A stretch of 64,000 nucleotides of DNA. Source: a virus. The translations under genes and the position numbers were made by a program. The number at the start of each line of letters is the position of its first letter. The stretch's first letter is position 1. Location: positions 1 through 64,000 of IMG/VR virus record IMGVR_UViG_3300036826_000588, one strand, 5' to 3'. The notes below the pieces were generated by a model that did not search any database, was not told the DNA's origin, and saw only the letters and a program-made list of their open reading frames with translations. Positions 1 through 10,832 of the stretch are shown here, piece by piece.

Positions 1-46
1 CGGCCGTGCCCGTAGCTGAGCAGCTCCCGCTGTTCTCGGAGGCAGG

Positions 47-598
47 GTGAGGGACCGCAGGCTGCGCGCCCCCGGACTCAGGCGCACCACCCCACTCAAG
101 GTGAATCGCGAGGCTGCGAAGCGCAGACGCTTCCAGCAGGGCGACAGCGACGAGGAGCTGACGCGGGGCCAGGTTTACGCGCTGGTCTTCTTCCGGGCCC
201 AGGGCTGCTGCGAGCTGTGCGGCTGCCGCTGGCGGCGGATGACCGGTGGCGCCGACCTCCACCCGCACCACGTGTGGAAGCGCGGTCACATCGCCGCCGT
301 CCCAGCGCGCTACTGCGACACCGAGGACAGCATCATCGGCGTCTGCGGAGACTGGCCCGAGGCCGGTTACCGCGGCTGCCACAGCAAGGTCCACGAGCCC
401 AAGACCAAGGCGGACTACGCGCTTGTCGGGCAGGCCGAAGGCATGGCGCTGGAGCGCTTCGCGCGCCGGCACCAACTGGAACGGGAGCTGACCGGGCTCC
501 TGGAGTGGCGTCCGCTCGACATCATGCGCGAGCTGGCGCGGATCGTGCAGGCGCGGAAGAGAACAGCCAATGAGCTGGAGGAGGAACAGTCAGCATGA
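47..598 (+). CDS. HNH-like zinc-binding endonuclease
   Basis: CELCG...HPHH...C..CHSKVH pattern typical of phage HNH proteins. Confidence 0.5.
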   Translation: MRDRRLRAPGLRRTTPLKVNREAAKRRRFQQGDSDEELTRGQVYALVFFRAQGCCELCGCRWRRMTGGADLHPHHVWKRGHIAAVPARYCDTEDSIIGVCGDWPEAGYRGCHSKVHEPKTKADYALVGQAEGMALERFARRHQLERELTGLLEWRPLDIMRELARIVQARKRTANELEEEQSA

Positions 599-3500
599 TC
601 GAGCAGGACGAAGGAGTGGTGGCCATGCGCCAGATGAGCGCGATCATGGCCGTCCCGGAGGGCTTCGTGGCCGACATCTCCGCCCTGGGGCCGTGCACGT
701 CCAGCGGGGACTCGGAGCGGGATGCGGCGACCGGGTGGCACCTCTTCAGCGCGCTGAGCGAGGAGCCCCTCGACGTCATCAGCGAGCGTCGCGGCGGACT
801 GGAGCAGGCGGCGGTCGCCCTGCTGATGCGGAACGACCCGGACGTCTACGAAGTCAAGCTGTGGCGCGGCATGGACTGCGTGTGGGCCGCCGTGAGGGAC
901 GCGGCATGACGGTGGCCGAGGCCGTGGCGGCGCCGATCGACACCAGGCCCGAAACGTACGGCTTCGAGCTGCCGGAGGTGATCTCGGGCGACGAGATCGA
1001 GCGCCGGAAGGCTCTCCGCCACGAGCCGTTCAACGAGGAGCGCTGCTACGCGGCGGAGACGGAGCCGGTCGAGGAAGGGACCGATCCGGAGGAAGTGCCG
1101 CAGCACCTCGTCACCGAGGTGGTGTGCACGCGCTGCAACAGCCAGCAGCCGACCCCAACGCGCGATGAGCCGCGATGCCGCCGGTGCGGCGTATGGCTCC
1201 TGGCGAACGAGGGGCTGTGATGGAGCGCGGCGCCGTTCTCCGTACGGCCATCACAGCCTACCTGGGCACCGACCATGACACGACCGCGTACGTGGACCAG
1301 GCCGTGATGGGCAACGTCATCGAGCACGCGCTGGCGGCGTTCAAGAAGAAGCGGCGCCTGTTCTCCTTCCAGACCTCCTCGGACGGCAACCACAGCGTCA
1401 CCTGCCTCAACTGCGGGCAGACCATGACCTGGCGGGGCTGCCAGCCGGAGCGGGTTTTCCAGCTCGCCGAGGCGCACGAGTGCGGCGACGTCGAAACGGT
1501 GGCCGAGATGGAGGATCGTCTGGAGTTCGAGGACGAGCCCACGAGGGCGCTGTGCTTCCGTCCGGGCGCGGTCAGCGGTCTCGATCGGATGGCGTTCGTC
1601 TCGCCGACGGAGCGGGTCCGGCCCGTGGAGCTGGCGACTGCGATCTCCTGCGGCCCCGTCACCGGCACGCCCTGCGCTTGCCGGCCGGCGGCCGCTGGCT
1701 GAGGAGGGGCTGGAGCTGAGCCAGCCGTTCCCGGATCTGCGCGCGGTGCGACGCCGCGCCGCCGAGCTGATCGAGCGCGAGGGGCACGTCCAGGTGGACG
1801 ACTGCCCGGGCCCGCACGGCGGCCGGAAGCGGTGCTCCACCAATGGTCCGCGGTGCGCGTCATGCGGCGTGCAGGATGCGCTGCGCGAGATGGGCTACGA
1901 GCCCAGCCTCATCACCGCGGACGCCGCGGAGGCAATCGCGCAGCAGCTCGCTCGGGAACTCGGGCGTGACTGGTTCCCCTACGGGGACACGCTGTACCAC
2001 TGGAGCGACTGGAACACGCAGGCCGATGTCGTCGACGGCCTGAGAGGAGACACATGAGCAGGTTCGTAGAAGGCGACGGTGAGGAGCAGTTCAACAACCA
2101 GTGGCTGCTGTTCGAGGCCAATGTTCGACGAGCACTGAAGGGGAAGCGCGGTCGGCGTGCACTGGGCATGATGCGGGAGGCACTGCTACACCTCCCCGAA
2201 CCACGGCTCATTGCCAACGCTCTGTGCACGATGAACCCGGAGAAGCGCCGCCCGGTGGCGGCCGAGAACGGCTCGGAGTTCGAGCGCGAGATGGCCAAGC
2301 TGGAGCAGGAGAGCTTCGATCGGCTCCTTGTTCAGGGACCAGGCGTCTGTGCCGTGGGCGCCTACGTGTGGTGGCAGAAGGTGAAGGGCGGCATGGATCC
2401 GCAAGCGGCGTTCGACTCCCTGGACACGCTGGCCGACTACGACGACAGCGTCGACCCCATGGAAGACACGATCGACTACGGCAAGGAGGCCGGTCTCGCC
2501 GGTCCGCTCGCATACGAACTGTTCTCCCGCAACGACGAGCACTACGATCACATGACGCCGGAACAGCGCCACGCGGCCTTCCTGAAGTGGATCGACCAGG
2601 AGCTGGCGGCGTGACGGCGGTGGCGTGGCGCCTCACCCAAGGCACGGAGCTGTCGCAGAGGATCGACGAGTGCTGCCACCGCTGGCAGCGGCGGCCCGAT
2701 GGCACCGTGCGCTGTACGGTGCGCAAGGGCTGCAACGCAACGCTCTCCGGCGCGCTGGCCGCGGATCCGCCGCGGCGCGGCATGGACTGGAGCCAGGCCG
2801 TCCTGGTCGGTCCGATGGAGAACAAGGACAAGCGATGAGCCGGTTCGTCCCACACCCGATGGACACATGGGCCGCGGAGCACGGCGCGGCACTCCTCTAC
2901 CCAGACGGCCAGGAGGTGCGTGAGGGCGACGTCGTTGACTTCGGCGAGAGAAAGGACGGAGAGGTCTTCTACGGTACGGTGCTGCGCTGTTCGATCGCGA
3001 CTGCCGAGGCGGTCGTAGCCATCAGCGGATCGCGACGCTACCCCGTGAGCAAGTTGACACTGGCAGGACGGAAGGACGAGGAGGTCACACCCACGACATG
3101 AACCGCAAACCCAACTCGTGCCCGGCGTATCACCCGGAGTACGAGCGGCAGTGCGAGCGGCCCAACGATGGACACACCGATCACTACTTCACGACCTCCG
3201 TGGAGTGGACGTGCTGTTCGCTATGTCGCGGAGAGATGGCGCCGGTCTACGACCGGCCCGGCCACTACGCTGGTCGTGACGAGATCAAGCACGCGGTGTG
3301 GTGCTCGACGCTTCCAATGACACACGAGCGGGCGGTGGCGCTGACGCAGTGCCGATGCCCAGCAGGCCAAGCGGCGCGTGGAGAGACGTACGTTCACATG
3401 GAGTGCGCGCATCACGGCGCGCTCTTGTCGCTGCCTGGAGAGACGGGGGGCGAACTCGTGGAGGAGGCGGAGCGCTGGCTAGCGGACGAGCTCCGGCACA

Positions 3501-5686
3501 GTCTGGTGGTGCTCTCGTGAAGGCGCCGGATCGCGTGCTGCTGGAGCGCATCAGCCGGAAGTGGCAGACCGCCGAGCTGGGGATCTCCTCAGCGGAGGTC
3601 GGTGACGTCATGCGGGAGCTGCCGGCGGTCATCGAGGCGCTCTACGCACTGGACCACGCCCCCGAGGACCGCGAGCTGGGCCAGCTCGTCCGGGAGCGCC
3701 GCCTGGTCGGCTGGGAGGTCCAGTTCGTCAGGGACAGCGTCGTGGATCCCCTGACGCCGTCGGAGGAGGGCGATGGCACCGCGCAAGCCTGAAGGACCGG
3801 AGACGGTGTGGGCGACTGTCGACGACGGTTCGCGGTGGCCCACACCGTGCGACGGGATGGACGACCTGGAGCGGCGCCTGCGATACGGCGGCACGGACTC
3901 GGACGATCGCTGGAATGCGGCCTCGATCATCGCCGCCTACCGCGAGATAATCCAGGCGCCGCGGACCAAGCGCGAGATGGTGGTGCGCTCTCTCAGGCGG
4001 GCCGTAGTCGCGCTGAGGCCGGCGGCCTGATGGCCGAGGAGCGCGCCTACCCCTTCCACTGCGGTAGCCAGTACGGCGACTGGGTCGCCAGAAACTGCAC
4101 CGGCTGCCGGCTGTTCGATGCCGAAGAGTTCAAGGGCCGCTGTGACATCGACGGCGCCCTGGGAGACGCTCTCGCGGACGACGGCTCGGTTTCGACGGAA
4201 ATCGGGCGCCGGATGGGGCTGCCTGGAAACGAGCTGGCCTACACGTGGGACTGTCCGGAGCGTCAGCCGGGCTGCTATCGGTGCCGGCCCGGCGAGTTCA
4301 GCCCGGAGGACGGTCCGTGCACGGCCTGCGCGAAGGTGGCGGCGGGAGTGCCGAGATGATCCGCATCATCATCGAGCACGACCCACCTGCCGAGGACTAC
4401 GAGACGCACGCGACGTACGTCCTGCTGCACGGCGACCCGGAGAGCGGGCGGCCGCCCGGAAGTGCAGCTCGATCCAGGCCGAGTGCAACGACGCTACCCG
4501 CCGAGGGACCGATCCGCCTGGGGCGGCTGGGATGGTCAGGGGGAACCGCTCGACCCGGCGCACGACATCCCAGGAAAGACGTGGGCACCAAAGGAGTTCC
4601 TGACCTCGGAGGGCGAGCTTCTGGCGGCGATCCGGGAAGCGATCGAGCAGGACAATGCCCTGCACGAGGGCGGCCGCGCGTGACGCTCGGCGCCTGCGAG
4701 AACCCCGCGTGCCGAGTCGTCACGGACAATCTCTTCGACGTGCGCGACGTCCGTGACCCGCTCGGCACCGTCCGGCGGCTGTGCGGGGCCTGTACGGCCG
4801 AGCGGATGCGGCGCGACCGGGCCGTGGCGCTGGGGCCGTGCCCGCACTGCGGCGATGTCTACCGGGACTGCTTGTGCTGGTACGACCATGAGCCGACGGA
4901 GCTGTGCGGTACCTGCGGCCAGCGGGCCTGGTTCATGTACGACGGCTGGTGCTGCCGCAACTGCGATCCCAACGGACCCTGGTTGCCTGGCTTTGGGCCG
5001 GATGATGACGGTAGTCATCGCGATCCGCTGATGACCGCGCGGGTGCAGGCGCTGGCCGGCGCGGCGCTGGGCGTTCCGGCGGATGACGTGGTGCTGGCTT
5101 GAGCCAGGACTTCGAGGTGCTCAAGCGCTTGGCGAAGGCCGTCGATGAGCTGGAGCCATCAGCGCTTGCCGGTGAGATCGACGCCGAGCGGTGGGTGCGG
5201 GCGCAGAACGACTTGGCCAGGGAGCTGTACCGACAGCGGATGGAGATCATCGCCGCCCTGGAGCTGCCTTCCGAGGTGGTTGCCCTGCGAGAGCTGGTCG
5301 CGGCCTTGTGGCTCGATCTCCGCCGTCACGCCGAGGCGCAGCTCACCACCGAACAGAAGGAACTTCTGTACGACACGGTGGAGCAGGAGGCGAAGCGGCG
5401 CGGCGACTTCGCCGGGCCTCTGGAGCGGTGGTGGCGCGCGCAGTGACCAGGGCAACGCGCTCGCGCGTCGAGTGTCCAAGCCATGTCCGACGCCGAACGT
5501 CCGTTCACCGTCCGTCGTCCCTATCGCTGCACCGCATGCGGCCGCCAGTGGTGTGTCTTCGCCCTGCTGGGTGCGGTCGTCCACCAGGACGAGTGCGTGT
5601 TCTGCGGCCTGCGCCGCGTCCGTGCCGGCGCCGTCAAGGTGCTGTTGCCCGATGGCAGCGAGGTGTTCTCCCTCTTGGTTGGCTGA
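595..5686 (+). other. Operon of about 15 small, often Cys-rich hypothetical phage proteins (595-909, 906-1220, 1220-1702, 1746-2057, 2054-2614, 2611-2838, 2835-3101, 3098-3520, 3517-3792, 3773-4030, 4030-4359, 4356-4683, 4680-5102, 5099-5446, 5483-5686)
   Basis: Chain of ATGA/GTGA/TGATG stop-start overlaps, purine-rich RBS-like sequences, GC3-rich codons; no recognisable family. Confidence 0.7.
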
Positions 5687-5689
5687 GTC

Positions 5690-6088
5690 ATGGCTGAGCT
5701 GAGCGTCGAGGCCAGTCGCAAGCTGCTGGCGCGCGCGAACGCGCGGAGCTGGCGTGCCCTGGAGGAAGCCGTGGAGGATCTCCTGAGCCTCCATGGCTGG
5801 CGTTGGATGCATATCCGGCCGGCGCTCCGGAAGGACGGGCGCTACCGGACGGCTACCACGGGCCACGAGGGCTACTTCGACTACACGGCTATGCGCGGCG
5901 GCCGGGTGCTGTTCCTGGAGGTCAAGGACGGCAGGGGCGAGCTGAGCGTGGAGGAGCGCTGCTGGTCGATCGAGGCCGAAGAGGCGCACCGACTCGCCCC
6001 CAGCGTTCAGTATCTGGTCGTGCGTCGGGCGGACGTCGAGTCAGGTCGGCTCGAAGAGGTGCTGCGGCGGCCGGCGGTGGCCGCATGA
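5690..6088 (+). CDS. VRR-NUC / PD-(D/E)xK nuclease (Holliday junction resolvase-like)
   Basis: GYFDYTAMRGGRVLFLEVK...GELS.EE motif; HGWRWMH N-terminal segment. Confidence 0.75.
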   Translation: MAELSVEASRKLLARANARSWRALEEAVEDLLSLHGWRWMHIRPALRKDGRYRTATTGHEGYFDYTAMRGGRVLFLEVKDGRGELSVEERCWSIEAEEAHRLAPSVQYLVVRRADVESGRLEEVLRRPAVAA

Positions 6089-6648
6089 GCACCGACCGGA
6101 TCGGTCCGAAGGCGCCGCGCGCGGCCTACGTCACGCTCGACGACGGCCTCACCTACCCCTGTTGCCGTGGCTGTAGCGCTCCGATCCGACGCAAGGACGG
6201 AGCGCCGGCTCGCGGCCGCACATGGTGCAGCACCAAGGACGAAGACGGGCTGAGCTGCGCGGACAAGTATCTGGCCGGACGCAGCTCGCGCGGCCTACGC
6301 CGCGTCACCTTCCAAGGCGACCACGGCCGCTGCGCAGAGTGCGGTCGCGAGTGCTGCGAGGCCGTGACGCGAGATCAGGCCATGGTCCGGGTGCTACGAG
6401 GGGTCGCGCGGTGGTACGTCCGTCGGGGCTATTGGCGCCATGGGACCCTCTTCTTTCGCGAGGTGTTCGCCTGGCAGGCCGATCACATTGTCTCCCTGGA
6501 GGAAGGCGGCAGCCGCGAGATGAGCAACGTGCAGACGCTCTGCGAGCCCTGCCACATCCGGAAGACGATCGAGCATGCGCGTCGCCGAGCGATGCGACGA
6601 AGACAGGAGCGCATCGCCGCGACCGGCCAGCTCGCCCTTGACTTGTAA
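6085..6648 (+). CDS. HNH endonuclease
   Basis: CAECG...ADHIVSLEEGG...SNVQTLCEPCH..KT; ATG overlaps upstream stop. Confidence 0.85.
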   Translation: MSTDRIGPKAPRAAYVTLDDGLTYPCCRGCSAPIRRKDGAPARGRTWCSTKDEDGLSCADKYLAGRSSRGLRRVTFQGDHGRCAECGRECCEAVTRDQAMVRVLRGVARWYVRRGYWRHGTLFFREVFAWQADHIVSLEEGGSREMSNVQTLCEPCHIRKTIEHARRRAMRRRQERIAATGQLALDL

Positions 6649-6678
6649 CAGCAGTACCGTTACTATAGCGGCGTGAAC
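6638..6678 (+). promoter_or_regulatory. Sigma70-type leaderless promoter
   Basis: TTGACT-17nt-TACTAT-6nt-GTG AAC, same geometry as the 19-27 kb cassettes. Confidence 0.65.
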
Positions 6679-6867
6679 GACGCCACCAACTCAACCACAA
6701 GCAATTCCACCTGGCTTGGTTTCATGCTGGCGCATGGACCGACGCTCGCGCAACAGGAACGTGCGTTGAGGGCGGTCGGTCTGGATCCGGATCCAGCGGC
6801 ATGGTCCGACGACGACCTGGAAGTCGCTGCACGCGTGCTCAGCGAGCAGGCTGGTCGCACTTCATGA
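6673..6867 (+). CDS. Small hypothetical protein (leaderless, MND start)
   Basis: Start lies 6 nt after a -10 box; stop overlaps next ATG. Confidence 0.55.
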   Translation: MNDATNSTTSNSTWLGFMLAHGPTLAQQERALRAVGLDPDPAAWSDDDLEVAARVLSEQAGRTS

Positions 6868-7532
6868 TGGGGAAGCAGCACGTCCTGGTCGGTGCCGGGA
6901 TGGGTGCTGGTGTGGTCACGCTTGACCATGGGTACTGGGTGTTCGTGCGAGCGCTGGCGGCGGTGCGACCGTTTGAGGTGCTCAACGCGCCTCATGGGTT
7001 GGTGTCGGCGGTGCCGAACCTGGCGCCGTCCGAGCTGCTGACAGCCACTCTCCCGCTGTGGTTCTGCACGTTTCTGGGTGTGCCGCTGGCGTACGCAGTG
7101 GGGATCGTCTTCTCTGCTGGTCTGGCGCTACTGCCCGACATCGACAGTCACACCACCACGTTCGGCCAGTTCATGCCTGACTGGATCCGGTGGCTGTTCG
7201 ATATGGAGCACCGCGGCTGGACGCACTGGTGGGGCACGGGTCTGTTGTTCGCCGGCCTGGAGAGCCTGATAATGGGCGGTTCTCCAATGCACGACCTGTT
7301 CGTGCACCTGGCGCTCGGCGGCTACATGGTCGGGCACCTGTTGTGTGACCTCGTAACGACCGAGGGCCTGCCGCTCGATCCCCTCCACCGGCACGTGGTG
7401 CGGCTGCCGATCGGCTTCGATGCCGATAGCCCCGTGGCGCCCTGGGTGGCGTGGGGCATGGTCGTGCTGATCCTGCTGTGGAGCACCGGCCTCTGGCGCG
7501 CCGCGCTCGCGATGCATGGTCAGTCGTTGTGA
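6864..7532 (+). CDS. Membrane-bound metal-dependent hydrolase (YbcI/YdjM-like)
   Basis: LLPDID, HRGWTH and GHLLCD..T..G motifs with hydrophobic segments. Confidence 0.85.
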   Translation: MMGKQHVLVGAGMGAGVVTLDHGYWVFVRALAAVRPFEVLNAPHGLVSAVPNLAPSELLTATLPLWFCTFLGVPLAYAVGIVFSAGLALLPDIDSHTTTFGQFMPDWIRWLFDMEHRGWTHWWGTGLLFAGLESLIMGGSPMHDLFVHLALGGYMVGHLLCDLVTTEGLPLDPLHRHVVRLPIGFDADSPVAPWVAWGMVVLILLWSTGLWRAALAMHGQSL

Positions 7533-7674
7533 CCCGAGAGAGGTGCATGGTCGTTCTCCAGTGGAGACGGCCGCGGGGACCTCTCGGCTACAGTCTCCCG
7601 GGCGGCGCGGCCGCTCGGCATGGAAAGGCGTGGAGTCCAGCCGCTCTCGGCTGGTAGGAGGTGAACGAAGAAGT

Positions 7675-8019
7675 ATGTGGGACGGAGTGAAGGTGGCGCT
7701 GGTCATCGCGGCCTGTGTCGTCGGAGTGGCGGTGCTGGCCGCTGGAGTCGACATCGGCTGGACGAAGGTGGTCGAGCCGGTTCTGATCAGCGGGCACGCG
7801 CAGAACCAGGCGCACAGCTACAACGCGGTGAGGGCGGCGAACCTCCAGTCGGAGAACGCCATCGCCCAGTACCAGGGCGACAGCGCCGCCGGGGACGTGG
7901 GCCATATGGAGACCGATCGCACGATGGCGTGCAACGCCGCGAACCAGATCAATCCCGGCGAGCGGTACGCCGATGTCCAGCAGTTCTACCTGGCTCACTG
8001 CGGGCCGGGTCAGCAGTAG
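7675..8019 (+). CDS. Membrane-anchored hypothetical protein
   Basis: AGGAGG upstream; N-terminal hydrophobic helix. Confidence 0.6.
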   Translation: MWDGVKVALVIAACVVGVAVLAAGVDIGWTKVVEPVLISGHAQNQAHSYNAVRAANLQSENAIAQYQGDSAAGDVGHMETDRTMACNAANQINPGERYADVQQFYLAHCGPGQQ

Positions 8020-8035
8020 CAGAGAGGAGGTGTCC

Positions 8036-8662
8036 ATGACCATTCCCGCCATCCACATCCCCCGCGGGTTCCTCCGCGGCTTCGCCGTCGTCGTCCTCGC
8101 CGTCGTGCTGGCCGCGTGCAGCGGCGATTCGACGACCGCGAATACCCACGAGCAGAGCGTCCAGTCGAACCAGCAGACCATCTACAGCCAGGGGGAGCCG
8201 GTTCCGATCTTCCCGTACAGCAACTACCGGCAGGCCATGCTCCAGATCGAGACGCAGCTCGCGACGGGCAGCCCGACGACCTGGACGACCTGGCAGAGCT
8301 ACAGCGGCGTGCCCGAGGGCGTGTGCAAGAGCTGGGGCTGGCCGCTCCCCGTGTCCACGCAGCTCAGCAACCCCGTCCAGTCCGAGTACAACACCCAGGG
8401 CAGCGACGGCATCGCTGGGGTGGCGCTCGGACAGCAGGAGCCGACTGGCATCTACTCGGGCCAGGGTCTGGGTACGTGGGTTCTCTGCATCGGCGCCGAC
8501 AACCAGCCGCACCCGGCCTACGTCGAGGCAGTGGTGAACACGTTCCCGTACCCGGTGGCGATCCAGGACGGTCGCTTCGTCCAGACTGGCGATGCCGCGG
8601 CGGAGACGGCCATCAAGCCGTGCAACCCGACCACGAAGACCTGTCCCAAGACGACGCCCTGA
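8036..8662 (+). CDS. Putative lipoprotein
   Basis: AGGAGG RBS; signal peptide ending in lipobox LAAC. Confidence 0.7.
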   Translation: MTIPAIHIPRGFLRGFAVVVLAVVLAACSGDSTTANTHEQSVQSNQQTIYSQGEPVPIFPYSNYRQAMLQIETQLATGSPTTWTTWQSYSGVPEGVCKSWGWPLPVSTQLSNPVQSEYNTQGSDGIAGVALGQQEPTGIYSGQGLGTWVLCIGADNQPHPAYVEAVVNTFPYPVAIQDGRFVQTGDAAAETAIKPCNPTTKTCPKTTP

Positions 8663-8946
8663 TCGGTCTCTCGTGATCGTCTTCTGTCTCTTGGCAGGGC
8701 ACCCGCGCGGGGTGCCCTGCCCGCGTTGTGGAGTAGACGCCACCGATCCGTTCTGGTGGTGGACGCGGGTCACGGTGCAGCTCGGGCTGCTCACCCTGAT
8801 CTGCACCATCGTCACCATGGCCACGTTGCTCACGCCGCCCCGGGACGTGTGGTGGCCATGGTGGGTGAGCGGCCTCTCCGGCCTGGGCGCGGTGATCGGC
8901 GTCGTTCTGACAGCCTGGGCCAACCACCGCGCGCGATGGTGGCGAC

Positions 8947-9549
8947 GTGGCAGGCGTGGTTGAGGAGGTCTTCTGGCTCCGGCGGACGGACTCCGGGCCC
9001 GCGGGGATCCTGCTCGGGCCGCCGCCGGAGCCGCTCCCCGACTGGGTCATCAGCGACACCCACTTCGGGCACAAGAAGATCGTCGAGCTGGCCGGCCGTC
9101 CGGCGGACCACGAGCAGCAGATGGTCGACTCGTGGAAGAGGCTCGTGGGCGACGGGGATACGGTCCTCCACCTCGGCGACGTGAGCTACCGGTCGAGGGA
9201 GTGGCTCGATCGGCTTGCCCGTCTCCCCGGCCGGGTGCAGCTCGTCCGAGGCAACCACGACCAGCCGCAGGACGTTCGGCGCTATCGACGCATCGGCTGG
9301 GAGATCCTGGAGCCGTTCCTGCTCACCTGGCGGGGGTGGCGGGTGCTGGTGACCCACGAGCCCCAGGAGCGCGCCCGTCTGCCGCGGCAGACGCTGAACC
9401 TGCACGGGCACCTCCACGAGCGCTTCCTGACCCCCAAGCACATCAACGTCTGCGTCGAGGTGCGCGGCTACCGACCAGTTCGGCTGGCCGAGCTGCTGGA
9501 CCGCCACCTGGCCGAGATTGGAGCGATTCGGCTACCTCAAGGGGCTTGA
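8947..9549 (+). CDS. Calcineurin-like metallophosphoesterase
   Basis: SDTHFGH, HLGD, RGNHD and HGHLH motifs. Confidence 0.9.
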   Translation: MAGVVEEVFWLRRTDSGPAGILLGPPPEPLPDWVISDTHFGHKKIVELAGRPADHEQQMVDSWKRLVGDGDTVLHLGDVSYRSREWLDRLARLPGRVQLVRGNHDQPQDVRRYRRIGWEILEPFLLTWRGWRVLVTHEPQERARLPRQTLNLHGHLHERFLTPKHINVCVEVRGYRPVRLAELLDRHLAEIGAIRLPQGA

Positions 9550-9703
9550 CAAACCCTCCGTTTGGTGCTCCTCCGGGTGCATCCGTACAACACCGGGCAG
9601 ACCGACCGAGGACCCTGCCGACGGTGAACCCCTACCTTCCTGAGCTGACCAACCCATTCCCGCGGGAATGGACCTCGCGCCCCCTCATTCCCGGGCGCGC
9701 CGG

Positions 9704-10069
9704 GTGAGCACGCGCACGGCCTCCAGGCCGCTGACGCCGCCGCCCACGATCTTCTGCGGTGCCTGTCGGACGCCCTTCGTGGCGGCAGGATCGCTGCCCG
9801 AGCACTGCCCGCGCTGCGGGTGGACGCTCAGCGCCGAGAGCGCCGAGCGGATGCACGTCTTCGCCTGCTCCAGCCCCGAATGCACGGGGCGTACCAGCTT
9901 CACCGCCGGGTGGATGGCGACGCTGGCAAGGGAGGGGTGGGTCTGGACGTGCTGGACGTGCGGGCGACAGCAGATGGCAAGGGTTCCTCTGGCCGAGTCG
10001 AAGTACCTGGGCTACATCCCCGAGGAGGAATCCCCTGATCGCCAAGCAGACCCGCCTCGACGACGCTGA
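9704..10069 (+). CDS. Zinc-finger protein
   Basis: Four CxxC/CxxxxC pairs; start uncertain. Confidence 0.5.
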   Translation: MSTRTASRPLTPPPTIFCGACRTPFVAAGSLPEHCPRCGWTLSAESAERMHVFACSSPECTGRTSFTAGWMATLAREGWVWTCWTCGRQQMARVPLAESKYLGYIPEEESPDRQADPPRRR

Positions 10070-10832
10070 CGACGCTCAGCTCAACCCGCACGAGGACGAC
10101 GAGCCGAATGCTCCGGCACTCGTCACGCTGGACGGCTCTGACGGCCGCCGGTGGCGCGGCTCCGAAGACCTCCTGCCGCTGCTCGTGCCGCTAGACTCGC
10201 TGACCCTCGACAAGGACAACCTCAAGAAGCACGACCAGTACAACATCGACACCGTCGCCGGCAGCCTGAAGGAGTACGGCCAGGTAGAGCCGCTCGTGGT
10301 CCGGCCGGACGGCACCCTCATCGGCGGCGAGGGTCGCATCCTCGCGATCCGCCAGGATCCGGAGCTCCGCTGGACGCACGTGGCGCGCGTGACGTTCCGC
10401 GGCGGCGAGAAGGCGGCACAGCGCCTTGGCATCCTCCTGAACCGTTCGGCCGAGCTTGGCGAGTGGGACAAGGAGAACCTGGCCGCCTTCTTCGAGCGCG
10501 CGGTCGCCGAGGAGGACGACCTCATGTCGCTGGGCTGGCGCCCGGACGACGTCGAAGACTTCATGGCCGGCCTGGGTCGCATCGCGGAGACGGAGGAGGA
10601 GGAGTTCCGCGGCGGCTACGCGGAGAGCCCGGAGGAGACCGCCGCGCGCAGCGCCGGGGCGCCGCCGCAGGCGGACCCGATCCGCCAGGCCATCCTGGTC
10701 TTCCCGGACGCCGACCAGTACACGACCTTCCAGCGCCACGTCGGCGTGCTGCGGAACACGTACGGCCTGGAGGGCGGCGGGATCACCCCCATCGTGTGCG
10801 AGGCCGTGCGGCGTGCAGCCGAGGGCGAGTAG
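10035..10832 (+). CDS. ParB/Srx N-terminal-domain protein of the DNA-modification operon
   Basis: LKKHD..NI..V..SLKEYGQVEPLVV...LIGGEGR..A...LNRSAELGEWD; start probably non-canonical CTG/ATC after GAGGAGG. Confidence 0.75.
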   Translation: MIAKQTRLDDADDAQLNPHEDDEPNAPALVTLDGSDGRRWRGSEDLLPLLVPLDSLTLDKDNLKKHDQYNIDTVAGSLKEYGQVEPLVVRPDGTLIGGEGRILAIRQDPELRWTHVARVTFRGGEKAAQRLGILLNRSAELGEWDKENLAAFFERAVAEEDDLMSLGWRPDDVEDFMAGLGRIAETEEEEFRGGYAESPEETAARSAGAPPQADPIRQAILVFPDADQYTTFQRHVGVLRNTYGLEGGGITPIVCEAVRRAAEGE

